DNA of 42,976 nt from a virus, in IMG/VR virus record IMGVR_UViG_3300045988_151420, positions 1 through 42,976 of that record. The stretch is one strand, 5' to 3'. The notes below the pieces were generated by a model. It saw only the letters and a list, made by a program, of their open reading frames with translations, made no database searches and was not told the DNA's origin. The position numbers were made by a program, and so were the translations under genes. Within the stretch, counting starts at the first letter, position 1, and every line of letters begins with the position of its first letter. Below are positions 41,112-42,976 of the stretch, in pieces.

Positions 41112-42976
41112 TCATCGGTTCATTCGGTCATAGTCTACTATGGCCGACGTTGCCTCTACTTGCATACGACCCACGAGATCATTGTCCACGTCCCTAATTT
41201 CAAGCACGTCAGGGCCGAGAGCACGATTCTCCAGAAGGCTGATCAGCTTATCCATTTTCTCCCACTGAGCTGACGTGAAAACGGGCTCCGGACGACCGGT
41301 CTTATTCTCGATCGTTGAGAGGCCGGGCTGCAGGAATCCACCATTATCGTAGCGCAGATTCCCTGCGGACGGCCCACCGTAAATCGGAACCTCACGCACA
41401 GGAATACCGAAGGTCGGCGCCTCAACCATCATCCCGTTACCGGAGGCGATAGCAACGTGGTGAGCAGGGTAACCCCAGAACAGAAGCGTACCGGGAACCA
41501 TGGGGTTGCCGGGCGATGACATTGCCTGATATCCCGCCGCCGTGAGACGCGGCACATGAACACCCATGGCATTGAGCGCCCAATAGACGAGACCTGAACA
41601 GTCAAGCCCGCCCCCCGGGGAGACGCCGCCCCAAACATACGGTGTACCGATAGCCCGTCGCGCAGTATTCACGAGGTCGCCCGCGGCGGCACCAATAGCA
41701 CCGATTCCGCCACCGAATCCACTGACCACGGGCATGTGATCTTTAATCCAGTCGCCGAGCGCGTCAATAGTTTTATCAACGCCTGCCTTTCCGGCGTCGA
41801 AGAATGGTTTTGCCCCGTCGCCTCCCCACGAATCGAGAAGTTTGTGTACCGGAGCCTTGATAACAGTCTCGACGGCTCCGATCGGGTCGGAGAAGATCGA
41901 GGATACCGCATCAGCGGCGCCAGTTATCCAATTAAGAGCAGCTGACGCACCCTTCTCTACCGTCGATTTGACAGGATCCCAAATACCGCCCGGAGCGAAT
42001 GCGGCATACCCCGCATCGCCGCCAGGAATACGGTCCCCGTGCGCGGCCGCCCTGTTCATGGCATTCACCATTGCTGGCCCGCCAATGGCTTTCACCCATT
42101 CGGGGCGCATGATTGCTTCTCCGCCGGAAAGTGCGAGCCTGCCGCCACCGTCGGGTGATACGAAATGGTAAATGTCGCGGCCGGGAGAGTATCCGGGCAG
42201 CACACCACCGGACGCGTAACCGCCAATCGTGGGAGCCTCGGGAAGACGAAGATCGAGAGAGAGTTTCTCCATCATTCCGTTAACGAGTTTCCGCAATCCG
42301 TTATTGTAGACTGTGCCGATAACGAAGTTAACGGGCTTGGCGGCGGCTTCCTTGATTTTGTCCCACGCCGTCCTGACACCGTCTTTCATAGTATTGGCAG
42401 CGGCCACGACCCTGTCCCAGGCGCTTGTAATTGCGGGAACAAGCGTGTTGGTAATCCAATCTTTAACGATTTGGATTTCGCCTTTCAGAATGTTCCACGC
42501 GGAGACGACCATGTTTTTCAGCCAGCTGGTCCACGAAACAACAGTGTTCCAGGCAGCACTGATCGTGGTGGCCGCACCTTGAATTACGGCGACTCCCATA
42601 GTGACCGCGGCAATGATGGACGCGAATACAAACGCGATGATCCCGCCCAGAATTTTCGCACCCGTAGAGATTATTTCCCAGGCCACACTAATAACAGGTG
42701 CAGCGTAGGTTTGAATCCAATTCACTACCGGCTGCATAACGGCCCAAATACCATTCCATGTCGCCGATAGTGAACCCCACATAATAGACGCCGTGTCTTT
42801 AATGGCGTTGAATGCGCCGACCACCCACGGCCACGCGATATTGTAGATCCAATCAACGACAGGCTGAATAGTGGCCCAAATACCGTTCCACGCCGCCGAT
42901 ATGGTGCCCCAAAGACTAGACGCCGCGTCTTTGATTGTGTTGAATGTATCTACAACCCAGGGCCATGCCGTGTAGT
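41112..42976 (-). CDS. Tape measure protein, C-terminal part with an NlpC/P60 peptidase domain.
   Basis: The frame is open from the window end to the TGA at 41114-41112. GTPYVWGG...GLDCSGLVYWAL...HHVAIASGNGMMVEAP maps to about 41370-41665. Confidence 0.9.
   Translation of the reverse strand, partial: YTAWPWVVDTFNTIKDAASSLWGTISAAWNGIWATIQPVVDWIYNIAWPWVVGAFNAIKDTASIMWGSLSATWNGIWAVMQPVVNWIQTYAAPVISVAWEIISTGAKILGGIIAFVFASIIAAVTMGVAVIQGAATTISAAWNTVVSWTSWLKNMVVSAWNILKGEIQIVKDWITNTLVPAITSAWDRVVAAANTMKDGVRTAWDKIKEAAAKPVNFVIGTVYNNGLRKLVNGMMEKLSLDLRLPEAPTIGGYASGGVLPGYSPGRDIYHFVSPDGGGRLALSGGEAIMRPEWVKAIGGPAMVNAMNRAAAHGDRIPGGDAGYAAFAPGGIWDPVKSTVEKGASAALNWITGAADAVSSIFSDPIGAVETVIKAPVHKLLDSWGGDGAKPFFDAGKAGVDKTIDALGDWIKDHMPVVSGFGGGIGAIGAAAGDLVNTARRAIGTPYVWGGVSPGGGLDCSGLVYWALNAMGVHVPRLTAAGYQAMSSPGNPMVPGTLLFWGYPAHHVAIASGNGMMVEAPTFGIPVREVPIYGGPSAGNLRYDNGGFLQPGLSTIENKTGRPEPVFTSAQWEKMDKLISLLENRALGPDVLEIRDVDNDLVGRMQVEATSAIVDYDRMNR
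42947..42976. repeat. Terminal overlap identical to 1-30.
   Basis: Direct comparison of the two ends. Confidence 0.95.

Overview
The window is one complete, circularly closed double-stranded DNA phage genome. Bases 1-30 are identical to 42947-42976, so the unit length is 42,946 bp. The tape measure gene reads in frame across that junction. All calls come from reading the sequence and ORF track and from motif recognition; no database search was run.

Gene layout:
- **Leftward (minus-strand) packaging, head and tail operon.** It runs from about 13.7 kb down through base 1 and wraps to 35.1 kb. Order: HNH endonuclease, candidate small terminase, large terminase, portal, MuF-like protein, scaffold, HK97-type major capsid, an AT-hook protein, connector and head-closure proteins, tail completion proteins, major tail protein, tail chaperones with a -1 frameshift (G GGA AAC), a 1,476-aa tape measure with a C-terminal NlpC/P60 domain, distal tail protein, tail tip protein, fibre proteins, and a candidate glycan hydrolase.
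- **Two rightward (plus-strand) early/replication blocks**, at 15.6-28.35 kb and 31.5-35.06 kb. They encode a DUF3987-like helicase loader, an AEP primase, an SNF2 helicase, a Cas4-like nuclease, a Sak4-like ATPase, a DUF669 SSB-like protein, a RuvC-like resolvase, a DUF3310 protein and a dCTP deaminase.
- **An inverted lysis cassette** at 28.46-31.3 kb lies between the two rightward blocks.

I recognised no integrase, repressor, tRNA or CRISPR array. The style of the genome (a leaderless-type promoter, a lysin-A-like endolysin, a peptidase on the tape measure) suggests an actinobacterial siphovirus. That is inference only.

The most unusual part is 11.6-14.6 kb, about 3 kb with one small gene. 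It contains:
- seven same-orientation DnaA-box 9-mers;
- an adjacent AT-rich tract with GATC-containing repeats;
- about 2 kb of extreme G+T versus C+A strand asymmetry that flips polarity near 13.95 kb;
- an oriented dispersed motif, CCACCGCC(A/C)TTCCAC, that flips orientation at the same place;
- three paralogous long hairpins with a conserved apex and covarying stems.

Also notable are an 18-bp perfect palindrome present only at the two convergent operon junctions, and a GC-rich two-gene cassette bracketed by 29-30 bp direct repeats.
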